A stretch of 63,338 nt of DNA, counting the filler, from Octopus bimaculoides (taxonomy: Eukaryota), in the NCBI RefSeq assembly GCF_001194135.2. It is 4 parts of 4 records of this genome, joined end to end, with 100 filler letters (N's around TTAATTAATTAA, not from the genome) between each part and the next. Parts side by side here need not be neighbours in the genome. Positions count along the whole stretch, not along the records: positions 1 to 14,564 come from NC_068982.1; positions 14,665 to 43,032 come from NC_068999.1; 2 more parts are not named here. One strand, 5' to 3'. Below are positions 13,823 to 24,499 of this stretch, one piece after another; the stretch's first letter is position 1, and each line of letters opens with the position of its first letter. A program made the translations under genes and the position numbers. The notes beneath the pieces were generated by a model that saw only the letters and a list, made by a program, of their open reading frames with translations, ran no database searches and had not been told where the DNA came from.

Positions 13823-14564
13823 ATGAGTATGAATATATGAAAAATTATTTGATAAAGTGAATTTCTTTAATGGTCAAATAAACGTGTATGAAAAATAATG
13901 TCTGAAAATATAAAAGGTGTTTATAAAGAAAGAAAGGTAGATTTTTTAAAGCAGGCACGAGGGGAGAAAGAAAAAACCAATAATGTTGTTTTGAATTGGT
14001 CATAAAAATTTTTTGTGAGAATGCAATATGTTGGTGAGCAACGTAAAAAAAAAAACTGTATAGAAGAGATAACTCATGGATGTAAAAAAAAAAAAAAATT
14101 ACGGCGATAATTAGACAAAATATGAAGATAAAAAAATGTGCATTAAAAATGAATAGTCTTTATAAAAACAAAATGGAACAAAAATACAAAAAGCATATAG
14201 TTAAATTTTCATAAAGTACGTGCTGACAGTCGATTAGAGACTGTAACTTTTTAATACACGCTTGTCTTGAGGTAAAAATGAAACTTTCTTGCTAACGCTC
14301 TCCGTATATAGCAGCTGTGCACTAAAAGAGCTATACTAATATTAAGCCGCGAACAGTAAAAATAATGTACGTTATATTAAAAACACCCGAGATTCGTCAT
14401 TTTAATTTTTTAAAAACCAAACGTGTTTTGAGAAACTTACAGATATTGCGTCGTTGAAAGTTTATATGAGTTTATATGGATTTAAAATCAAAGCCTGATA
14501 TTTTTCTTCTTATCGCGCTATAAAACGTGAACACAGTACTATATATATATATATATATATATAT

Positions 14565-14664
14565 NNNNNNNNNNNNNNNNNNNNNNNNNNNNNNNNNNNN
14601 NNNNNNNNTTAATTAATTAANNNNNNNNNNNNNNNNNNNNNNNNNNNNNNNNNNNNNNNNNNNN
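14565..14664. other. Artificial assembly spacer (44 N + TTAATTAATTAA + 44 N)
   Basis: Exactly 100 bp; the 12-mer gives stops in all six frames; identical structure occurs three times. Confidence 0.93.
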
Positions 14665-14703
14665 GGGGGGGGGGGGGCATATGAACCCTGGTTGAAAACC
14701 ACT
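14665..14703 (-). mobile_element. hAT/Charlie-like MITE terminus at a contig edge
   Basis: Reverse complement reads cagtggttttcaaccagggttcatatgccccc, resembling CAGTGGTTCTCAAC-type TIRs. Confidence 0.4.
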
Positions 14704-14737
14704 GTTTTAGAATAAGGAATGAGGAAGATTTACTTAC

Positions 14738-14821
14738 TTGCAGAGCGGCAGCAATTAATTCTCCACCTTTTGGACCAATATCGTTACACATAAGGTTCAA
14801 ACTTACCAAGGATGAACTCGA
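14738..14821 (-). CDS. LRRC34: LRRC34 coding exon 3 (gene truncated at the assembly join)
   Basis: Acceptor tttcttccag|, donor CAA|gtaagt, 84 nt, phase 0-0. Encodes SSSSLVSLNLMCNDIGPKGGELIAAALQ, versus human LRRC34 LIYLNLMFNDIGPEGGELIAKVLH as recalled. The three exons splice in frame to 122 aa. Confidence 0.9.
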
Positions 14822-15676
14822 CTGGAAGAAATTTTGAAAAGAAATTAGGAAAAAATAAACGTTATAAACAAATTGCTGAGCGGTTAAGAAGTCTGCTTTG
14901 CAATCAAGCAGGTGTATTAGTTTAATGCTATATATATCTATCCATATATATAGGTTGCTTCACCACATACCGAAGTTCAGAATGCTGAAGCTCCAACAGA
15001 TAGCAGTTACCCGCAACTCACATAGGAAAAACAAGAAGAAAAAATAACGAACTAAACTAGTCATAGTTAATCATAGACATGTTTCTGGTTTAGAAGGAAA
15101 AACTCTTCATTACCTCATCGGTATGATATTCCTGTTGTAAATTCGATGATACTGGCAAATTTGCATGCATGATCTAGCGCCATCATTGCAGTCGACACAT
15201 CTTGAAAGTATCTCCAAATCTACATCGGCGAGCCAGCCCATCATCTTCCCTCAAGAATTACCATGTGCGTCGCAGGTGGTACCGCAGAAAATCTGTGGTT
15301 TACTATCCGGGAGTGAATAATCATTACAATTAAAAGGGTAAAGGATTATCAATTTATTAATTTATTAATAAATTAATAATTAATANNNNNNNNNNNNNNN
15401 NNNNNNNNNNNNNNNNNNNNNNNNNNNNNNNNNNNNNNNNNNNNNNNNNNNNNNNNNNNNNNNNNNNNNNNNNNNNNNNNNNNNNNNNNNNNNNNNNNNN
15501 NNNNNNNNNNNNNNNNNNNNNNNNNNNNNNNNNNNNNNNNNNNNNNNNNNNNNNNNNNNNNNNNNNNNNNNNNNNNNNNNNNNNCGTTATAAACAAATTG
15601 CTGAGCGGTTAAGAAGTCTGCTTTGCAATCAAGCAGGTGTATTAGTTTAATGCTATATATATCTATCCATATATAT

Positions 15677-15949
15677 AGGTTGCTTCACCACATACCGAAG
15701 TTCAGAATGCTGAAGCTCCAACAGATAGCAGTTACCCGCAACTCACATAGACAAAACAAGAAGAAAAAATAACGAACTAAACTCACCATAGTTAATCATA
15801 GACATGTTTCTGGTTTAGAAGGAAAAACTCTTCATTACCTCATCGGTATGATATTCCTGTTGTAAATTCGATGATACTGGCAAATGTGCATGCATGATCT
15901 AGCGCTATTAGCTGCTATTTCTGAACTTCGGTATGTGGTGAAGCAACCT
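15677..15949. mobile_element. MITE-like element with 31-bp perfect terminal inverted repeats
   Basis: aggttgcttcaccacataccgaagttcagaa (15677-15707) and its exact reverse complement at 15919-15949. Confidence 0.55.
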
Positions 15950-16116
15950 GTTGCTGATCCCTTAATTTTGTTTATAAATGTATAAGAACTTTTAAATAAG
16001 TTCCACACTAATAATGGTGCTTACATACCGAAAGGCTTGGTAAAAATTATTAATTGTTAATTGATTTATTAATTAATAAATTGATAATCCTTTACCCTTT
16101 TAATTGTAATAATTAT

Positions 16117-16156
<40 letters not shown>

Positions 16157-16176
16157 NNNNNNNNNNNNNNNNNNNN

Positions 16177-16450
16177 GGGGCAATGACCCAGTGGTTAGAG
16201 CAGTGAACTTGTGGTTATAGGATCTCGGTTTCGATACCCAGACCAGGTGTTGTGAGTGTTTATTGAGCGAAAACACCCAAAGCACCAGGAGGCTCCATCA
16301 GGGGGTGGTGGCAAACCTTACCGTACTCCTTCACCACATCTTTCTCTTACTCTTTCTTCCTGTTTCTGCTGTACCTGTATTTCAAAGCCATGTCTGCACC
16401 TGTTTATTTTAGAACGGCATTGTAGGTTAAGTGTGAGAGGCCATATTTGG
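16177..16450 (+). mobile_element. Degenerate SINE-C in LRRC34 intron 2. Other SINE-C-related copies at ~36740-37030(+) and ~51120-51425(-)
   Basis: caatgacccagtggttagagcag...gtttcgatacccagacc...ttgtgagtgtttattgagcgaaaacacc. Confidence 0.82.
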
Positions 16451-16646
16451 CCTATTTGACCTTAAAACAGACAGAATATTTTGGCTGGTTATGGCCGGAT
16501 ATAGCCGGATGTGGCCACATATGGCTGGATATGGCCGGTTTAAATACTAACGGGTTAAATATGGTTGAAGAAAAGTACAGAGTCAAAATAACACTTTTGC
16601 AAGTTGAATCAAGAAATAAAAAAGAAAGGAAGAAACAAGGTATCAC

Positions 16647-16818
16647 CTTAATGAGTTGAGCCACGTTATGTGATCCTTCATCAGTGATATTATTGTAGCT
16701 CAAATTCACACTGACAAACAGATATTGATCCTTGAGAATTTTGTACAAAACCAACATCTCTTTGTCTCCGAGGTGTTCCCCGGTGAATGTTGGCAAGTTT
16801 CCAGCAAGATTTAAGTAC
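16647..16818 (-). CDS. LRRC34: LRRC34 coding exon 2
   Basis: Acceptor tcttgcag|G, donor AAG|gtgata, 172 nt. Encodes (Q)YLNLAGNLPTFTGEHLGDKEMLVLYKILKDQYLFVSVNLSYNNITDEGSHNVAQLIK. Matches the LRRC34 LNIAGN...LSKILK...YNLLCDVGA pattern (RNI-like LRR). Confidence 0.87.
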
Positions 16819-16871
16819 CTGCAAGACATAAGATAATGATTTGGTTCACATTTTGGTAATGTTGCTTTCAC

Positions 16872-17645
16872 GTTTTGGCACAAGGCCAGCAACTTTGGGA
16901 GAAGCGGGTTAAGTTGTACAGATTGACTTCAGTGTTAATCTCGAAAGGATGAAAGGCTAAGTTGACCTTGGTGGAATGTGAACTCAGAATATGAAGACAG
17001 ACGAAATGCCGCTAAGTATTTTGCCTGGCATGCTAACACTTTGGTAATATTGTTATCAAATTAAATTCCACCGAGGTCGACTTTGCCTTTCAGGGTCGAT
17101 AAATTAAAAACCAGTTGCGTACTGGGGTCAATCTAATCGACTGCCCCCCCTCCCCAAAAATTTCGGGCTTTGTGCCCAGAATAGAAAAGAATATTGTTAT
17201 CAAATTTCGGCACAAGACCAGCTATTTCAGGAAATGAGTAAGTCAATCACATTGGCCCCAGTGCATAACTGGTACTTATTTTATTGATCCCGAAAGGATG
17301 AAAGACGAAGTTGACCTTGGCAGAATTTGAACTCAGAACGTAAAGACAGACGAAATGCCGCTAAGCATTTTGCTTGGCGTGCTAACCATTCTGCCAGCTC
17401 ACCACTTTACATTTTGGTTTCAAATTTTAGCAAAAGGCCAGTAATTTTCAGGGGTGGTGGTGGTGGTGGTGGTGGAGGGAGTAAGTCAATCACTTTGACC
17501 CCAGTGTTCAACTGGTACTTAGTTTATTGACCCTTAAAAGGATAAAAGGCAAAAGTCGACCTCAGTGAGATTTGAACTCGGAACGTAAAGGTGGACGGAA
17601 TGCCACTAAGCATTTTGCCAGACATGCTAATGATTCTGCCAGCTA
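16872..17645. mobile_element. Cluster of four SINE-A copies in LRRC34 intron 1 (-, +, -, -)
   Basis: Approx. 16872-17040 (-), 17063-17189 (+, 17-bp TSD), 17207-17405 (-), 17415-17645 (-). Confidence 0.9.
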
Positions 17646-18061
17646 GAAACCTTACACTTTGGTGATATTAATTAATTAGATTTAAGATGCATAAGATTAG
17701 TTTCTAGATTGAATTGTTTAATGCAGTTAATGGATTATCATGTTGATATGGTCAATAGGATTAAGTTTGTGATATAGTGAAAGGATTAAGGTGTTATCAT
17801 CCTCATCATCATTGTTTTAATGTTCACTTTTCCAAGCTTGCATGGGTCAGACAGGAAATACATCAGCAAAGATTTTCTATGGTTGGGTGCTCTTCCTGTC
17901 ACCAACCCGCCGAACCTGTTCCCAACCAAAGTAATATTTCGTCTAATCGGTTGAATACAAAGAGTTTAATGCAAACAAATGATAGCATTTTCTTTGGTAC
18001 GAACAGAGACTTTTGCCAACAGTTAGGATGCGTGGAGACCGGGAGACACAAACACTCATAC

Positions 18062-18695
18062 ATGGAAGGAGGAGGAGGAGGAGAAGAAGAAGAAGAATGA
18101 AGGGGGAGAAGAAAGAGAAGAAGAAGAAGAATGAAGGGGAGAAAAAAGAGAAGTAAAGGAAGAAGAAGAAGAATGAAGGGGAGCAGAAAGAGAAGAAGAC
18201 AAATGAAGGAGAGAAGAAGAAGAAGGAGGAGGATGAAGAAAGGGAGGAGGAGGAGAAGGGGAAGAAGAAGGGGAGAAGAAAAAGAAGGGGAAGAAGAAGA
18301 AGAGAAATGAAGATGAAGAGGAGGAGGAAGAGAACAAGGAGGGGGAGGAAGAGAAGGAGGAGGAGGATGAAGAGAAGGAGAAAAGGAGGAGGCGAAGAAG
18401 GATGAAGGGGAGGGGTAGGATGAAGAAGAAGAAGAAGGAGAATGTGAAGAAGAAGAAGGATGAGGATGAGAACGAGGAGAAGAAGAAGAAGAAGAAGGAG
18501 AATGTGAAGAAGAAGAAGAATGAGGATGAGAACGAGAAGAAGAAGAAGAAGGAGAATGTGAAGAAGAAGAAGGATGAGGATGAGAACGAGGAGAAGAAGA
18601 AGGAAGAAAAAGGAGAAGGGGGCGGAGAAGACGACAGCGAAGAAGAAAAAAGAAGATGAAAGAGGGGAGGGGCCTGGAGAAAGAGGAGGAAAGAA
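18062..18695. repeat. ~630-bp GAA/GGA polypurine tract containing a ~57-60-bp minisatellite (3 copies, ~18423-18600)
   Basis: Unit gaagaagaagaaggagaatgtgaagaagaagaaggatgaggatgagaacgag. Located in LRRC34 intron 1. Confidence 0.95.
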
Positions 18696-18739
18696 GGAAA
18701 AGTAGTAGTAATAGTAGTAGTAGTAGCAGTAGCACTTAC

Positions 18740-18849
18740 TGATTTGTTTGGTGCTTAATTGCTTGAATCACGAATGGGTGAGGTTCTTTTTCAAAACACT
18801 CTCGATATGCTTTCCGACATTTTTCCAAAAGATGTTCACTTTCCTCCAT
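18740..18849 (-). CDS. LRRC34: LRRC34 (leucine-rich repeat protein 34) coding exon 1
   Basis: ATG at 18849 with an in-frame TAA 11 codons upstream. Encodes MEESEHLLEKCRKAYRECFEKEPHPFVIQAIKHQTN plus CA, then a GTAAGT donor. Phase 2 fits the next exon. PHPFVIQAI resembles vertebrate LRRC34 INPFILHIL (recalled, not searched). Confidence 0.8.
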
Positions 18850-20324
18850 AGCGATGCTGGTTTCTCGCTCTACTTCTTTTTAATTATTTTTTTTTTTTAA
18901 AGAAAAATATCAAAAANNNNNNNNNNNNNNNNNNNNNNNNNNNNNNNNNNNNNNNNNNNNNNNNNNNNNNNNNNNNNNNNNNNNNNNNNNNNNNNNNNNN
19001 NNNNNNNNNNNNNNNNNNNNNNNNNNNNNNNNNNNNNNNNNNNNNNNNNNNNNNNNNNNNNNNNNNNNNNNNNNNNNNNNNNNNNNNNNNNNNNNNNNNN
19101 NNNNNNNNNNNNNNNNNNNNNNNNNNNNNNNNNNNNNNNNNNNNNNNNNNNNNNNNNNNNNNNNNNNNNNNNNNNNNNNNNNNNNNNNNNNNNNNNNNNN
19201 NNNNNNNNNNNNNNNNNNNNNNNNNNNNNNNNNNNNNNNNNNNNNNNNNNNNNNNNNNNNNNNNNNNNNNNNNNNNNNNNNNNNNNNNNNNNNNNNNNNN
19301 NNNNNNNNNNNNNNNNNNNNNNNNNNNNNNNNNNNNNNNNNNNNNNNNNNNNNNNNNNNNNNNNNNNNNNNNNNNNNNNNNNNNNNNNNNNNNNNNNNNN
19401 NNNNNNNNNNNNNNNNNNNNNNNNNNNNNNNNNNNNNNNNNNNNNNNNNNNNNNNNNNNNNNNNNNNNNNNNNNNNNNNNNNNNNNNNNNNNNNNNNNNN
19501 NNNNNNNNNNNNNNNNNNNNNNNNNNNNNNNNNNNNNNNNNNNNNNNNNNNNNCAAATCTCCTTACATTCAAACCGAACTACCTTAATAAAAAAGAAAAA
19601 GGAAAAAAACGAAGAACATGTTGAACAACAACCTCTGTTATAAATAATGACAGAATGATTATTCCTGGTATACCATTGATTATAGGTTTGTATGATCAGG
19701 GCTTATTTAGGGCTGCGACTGCACCGTAAACCTGCCAAAATTGGATCAGTGCCTAGTAATAAAAATATCTAGTCATTACCCGCAACGGAGCGGAATACAT
19801 TTTGTATTTTTTTTTTCCTTAACAAAAATATAGCAGTTTCCCTTTTAACTAAAAGGACAAGTGCCAAAATCGATATTCTGTTATCTCTTAATCATTTCGC
19901 GAACAGATTTTTCTTCTCATAAATATAAAAGAGAAAGGAAAGAACACGAAACTGTCTAGTTTGTACGTGAAAGTCATCTCCTCTTGATTAGCTTTAAGAC
20001 TTATGTATAAGAGTGGTGCCTATATCCTGAGATAGAATTTATAATCAAATTCCTGCTGTTATACACATTTGTTTCAGTGAATAAATAATACATATGCATA
20101 GAAATCTACATCTCAATCTGTGACGCACATCACAGAACGAGCAATAATCTCCCGCCGAGCCATTAGTAGTACTAACAGGTTTGCTGTCTCGCTTCATGAC
20201 ATCTCGCTTCGTCTTCGCCTGTGACATCTTAAGGAAAGCATGAAAATCACAATATATCGCAGCTACAGTCTTATCAAAAATTTAAAAAGAAATGGGGCCT
20301 TGATCACCATAATAATTTCCACCA

Positions 20325-20527
20325 CAGGTACAAGGTATGAAATTATGGAGAGAGTTTAAGTTGATTATATCGACTCCAGTGCCCGACTGGTACTTTTTTA
20401 TTGACACCAAAAGGACGAAAGGCAAAGTGTCGACCTCGGCGCAATTTGAACTCAGAACATAAAAACGTACGAAATGCCGCTAAGCATTTTGCCCGGCGTG
20501 ATAACGATTCTGCCAGCTCCCCGCCCC
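20325..20527 (-). mobile_element. SINE family A copy
   Basis: Reverse complement of the family A consensus with intact head. Confidence 0.88.
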
Positions 20528-21119
20528 AGTGGGCTAAAAAAATAAGGGGTTCCTAATTTTGGTGTCTATTTCAAGGCACAAGGCCAGTAATAATAAAAAC
20601 AAACAAATAAAAATTTATATATTTTCTGAGGTGCTCTCTATGTACTGAGCTTATCGAAGCCACTTAAATTATTAAGGTTTGAAAGTTTGCGATGGGATTT
20701 ACTCAAAAATAGCTGATAAAAGGAATCAAAATACAAAAACAAAATACCTCAGGGTGTTTGTTTATTTTCTTTTTTACCCTCCTCTTAATAAAAGGCATTT
20801 AAGTAGTTAAAGGGAGCAACCAGTACTTTGTTGACAGTTTTAGTTGCTAATGGTAACAGAAACAGGTTACCTGCCCTTAGTATGAAGCTCTGAATTAAAA
20901 TTGATTACGCGATCCGATTTAATCGATTGTTCCATTTCTGAAATTTGTGGGCCTTGTTCCTGTGTCGAGAAGCATATCGGGGTTTGACTTGTTGGTGGAC
21001 GGTTGAAAAAGAACAGACAAATAACTCTGTGCTATTTAATCATGCTAGTTTACATTCTATAGAACATCGACTCGGCCCCCACGACTCGTTGAGTTCCTCC
21101 TGCCATCATCTAACTAAAT

Positions 21120-21278
21120 CAATGGCATAGCTAGAGTGTGTGCCGCCTGGCACCTCACACTGTGTTTTTATGCTTATATGCAAGCTCATACAGCAGACCC
21201 AAAAGTGCCGCCCCCTACAAAAGCATTGCCCAGGGCAGACCATCCTTCACACCTGCGACCCACCCAGCTACACTACTG
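21120..21278. mobile_element. Degenerate CAGTGGCGTAGC-type non-autonomous DNA element
   Basis: Left caatggcatagctag, right cagctacactactg (imperfect TIRs). No TSD seen. Confidence 0.3.
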
Positions 21279-21854
21279 CTTTAAACAGCTACCACTCTAG
21301 AAACAACCAAATCAATAGCATACAGGATTAGATGCAAACATTCCACTCACATTTAGGTGGATTGCACCTTGCTTTTGCAAATTGCTTTGGGTGCCTTCAT
21401 ATTTCAAAAGGTCAAAGGCGAGACATTCAAGAGGGTGTCTACATCTCTTTGTTACTACACACACACCTGAAACAATTAGCATAAGAAATCCACCAAAGTG
21501 CAATCTACCAAGCCATGCCCACCCATGAGTAATGACCAACTGTACTTTACTGAACCATGATAAAATCGTAAATATATGTGTAACTATTTATAGCCATATA
21601 TGAATGGAATGATTGCATCTAATCCTGTATAGTATTGATCTGGTCATTTCTAGAATGCTATTAATTTTAAGTATCTGCAATCATTAAGTTTTAATTAGTA
21701 TTTCAAACCAATATGAACATTTTATATGGATTCACAGTCCAATTTTTTTTTTTAAAAGATAGCATATTTGTTTGTCTCAGTTTTACATCTATTTTCCTGT
21801 AGAATATAAAATGTTTGATTCCTCAATTATAGAAATGTTCAGTAACAGTATGTA

Positions 21855-21895
<41 letters not shown>

Positions 21896-22084
21896 CTATA
21901 CACCTACATCTCTCATTCTCTACCTATCTGCCTACATACTTACCTACCTACATACGTACGTATGTACCTACCTACCTGCCACTTTCTATCTATCTATCCG
22001 TCTGTCCGTCCGTCCGTCTGTCTGTCTTTCTGCCTGTCTGTCTGCTGTCTGTCTGTCTGCCTGCCTGCTGGTATAAGTAGTATG

Positions 22085-22330
22085 GTTTGACAGGAGCTGG
22101 CCAACTGAAGAGCTGCCCAGACTCTATGTGTTTGGCATGGTTTCTACAGCTTGATGCCCTTCTTAATGCCAACCACTTTACATGCTTTTATGCATCACCA
22201 GCATGGGTGAATTTATGTGGCACCAGTACCCAGAAGCTTGCACGACTAGGAATGCCCAGCTGGAGAAGGATGCAAGGACAACCAAGCTTTTACTTAGCTT
22301 GACATGCTTTCTCAAGCACAGCAAACTGCC
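22085..22330 (-). mobile_element. RTE-type 3' tail copy. Others at ~17803-17940(-), ~34400-34540(+), ~34860-34985(+), ~36467-36720(-), ~39515-39660(-)
   Basis: Shared ggatgcccttcc(t)aa(c)gccaacc and catgc(c)agcat...gttaaa..(gat)n motifs, matching the 3' end of the LINE at 23300-23362. Confidence 0.7.
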
Positions 22331-22349
22331 AGGAGTCTTGAGGGCCTAT

Positions 22350-23362
22350 AAAAGAGAAGAAAAGGGCTTGGAAAGTCTGGAAGAGTTGGGGTAGCAAAGA
22401 ACCATATCAGATAGCTAAAAGAGAAGCTAGATGTTAGTTATATGTAACTTGGGCAGAAGCAGAAAGGAAGAGGTTTACTGATGTCTTACAGCATGAAGAT
22501 CAGAGACTTGAGGTGTCAGATTGCTAGACAGAGAGAATCAAGGTGTTGTAGGAGAGAAGTGTATACAGACAGATAATGGTATGCTTGCTTTTAGTGGTCC
22601 TTAAAAAAAAGATGTGTGGAAGAGCTACTCTGAAAGATTGTTAAATGCAGAGAATGAATGGGAGAAAGGGATTTTTCCTCATGTGAACCCAAGAGGGACT
22701 AACTATCCTAGTTGACAGCAGCATGATAGATAAGGCAATTAAAGATATGAAGTCAAGAAAGGCCCCTGGTCCATCAGGAGTCACTGCTAAAATGCTTAAG
22801 ATATCTGACAGAGTTGGACACAGCCTAGTCACCTGTACAGTTAATCAGGTTAGTCAGGAAGGTGTACTCCCTAGTGATTGGTGCAGCAGTAGCATCATAG
22901 TCAGCTGCAACAAGGACAAGGGAGATGCCTTAAATAGAAGTAATTACAGAGACATCAAATTACTGGACCAGGTGATGGTAGTTGAGGAGAGAGTTATAAC
23001 CTAATTAATTAGAAATAGAATTAGACTAAATGAAATGCAGTTTGGCTTTGACCTGAGGAGAAGCACCATGGATGCCATTTTCATAGTCAGGCAACTGTGA
23101 GACAAGTATTTAGCTAAGAACAAACTGTTGTACTTGGCATTTGTTTATCTAGAGAAAGTGTTCAACGAAATACCTCTTTTGTGACATGGTAGTCTCTGAG
23201 GAAGCTAGAGACAGATGAATGACTTGTGAAGGCAGTATAGGCCATGTATAGGGATGCTGTTAGTAAGGTAAGAGTTGGCCATGGATACAGTCATCATACT
23301 CAGTCAAACCGTTCAACCCATGCCAGCATGAAAAGCGGGCGTTAAACGATGATGATAATGAT
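22350..23362 (+). mobile_element. RTE-clade LINE fragment (pre-RT and N-half of RT) fused to its own (GAT)n 3' tail
   Basis: KAIKDMKSRKAPGPSGVTAKML...PSDWCSSSIIV...KGDALNRSNYRDIKLL, QFGF...STMDAIFIVRQL, LAFVYLEKVFNEIP. Ends at KVRVGHGYS, then catgccagcatgaaaagcgggcgttaaacgatgatgat. Confidence 0.92.
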
Positions 23363-23568
23363 ATATATAATCTGTAACTGTTACTATATGTGTGTGTGTG
23401 TGTGCGCGTGTATATAAGGCATGTTAGCTGAAATGTTAGCATGTCATCTGTCTCTACGTTCTGAGTTCAAATTCCACCAAGGTCGGCTTCGCCTTTCATC
23501 CTTTCGGGGTCGATAAATTAAGTACCAGTTGCGTATGCATGTATATATGTATGTATGTAGGTATGTAT

Positions 23569-23954
23569 AGGTGCAGGAGTGGCTGTGTAGTAAGTAGCTT
23601 GCTTACCAGCCACTGCGTGGCACCTTGGGCAAGTGTCTTCCGCTATAGCCTCGGGCCGACCAAAGCCTTGTGAGTGGATTTGGTAGACGGAAACTGAAAG
23701 AAGCCCGTCGTATATATGTATATTTATGTATATGTATGTGTGTGTATATGTTTGTGTGTCTGTGTTTGTCCCCCCCCCCAACATCACTTGACAACCGATG
23801 CTGGTGTGTTTATGTCCCCGTAACTTAGCGGTTCGGCTAAACAGACCGATAGAATAAGTACTAGGCTTCCAAAGAATGTTCTGGGGTCGGTTTGCTCGAC
23901 TAAAGGCGGTGCTTCAGCATGGCCGCAGTCAAATGACTGAAACAAGTAAAAGAG
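23569..23954 (+). mobile_element. SINE family B copy (tRNA-like head, internal TA/TG microsatellite)
   Basis: aggagtggctgtgtagtaagtagcttgcttacc...gggcaagtgtcttc...gtagacggaaactgaaagaagcccgtcg...catggccgcagtcaaatgactgaaacaagtaaaagag. Confidence 0.9.
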
Positions 23955-24484
23955 TATGTATGTATGTATGTATGTGTGTGTGCGTGTGTGTGTGCGTGTT
24001 GGTCTTTCTGGAAAGAGTTTCATTAGACCTATCCAGAATTATATCTAAAATCAGGAGTTCACCACACGTTTATGTGTCTGTATGTATGTTTGTACATACG
24101 TTTACGGCAATACGTAAAAATCTATCTACCTATCCACCACCTAGCTATCACGCTTAAAAAAAATTAAACTAAGGGACGGCATTCCTGGCAGGAGTTTCGT
24201 CCCCTGGTTGCGTCTTATCATCTTTAAATAGAAATAAGACGAAGGAGCAGGGGGAGATGATAAAAAAAAAAAACCAGAAAGCTGCTTGTGATTTTAGTTT
24301 CGTAAGAAGGAAAACAACTGAGAGAAGGTTCCCGCAATTTACGTACGATTTTAAAGTTTTTATAGCCACATCAAAGAGGACAAAGACGTGTGATATTGCC
24401 CAAGTTTCAAACAGGTTCAACTAACACCTAGATATATACGCATTTGCCGTCGTGCGTGTCTCGTTTACGTTTTGGCCGTTCAAG

Positions 24485-24499
24485 ATGGCTTCGATGGAG
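24485..24499 (+). CDS. Candidate first coding micro-exon MASME of an unidentified gene (UBE2W-like start, unproven)
   Basis: caagATGGCTTCGATGGAG|gtgggt: strong start context and a phase-0 donor in a locally CpG-richer patch. No downstream exon was identified. Confidence 0.5.

Noticed and set aside
17899-18735. 278-aa S/P/L/F-rich ORF and the K/E-rich ORF on the opposite strand
   Set aside because: Products of the GAA/GGA tract inside LRRC34 intron 1; no splice signals or domain.
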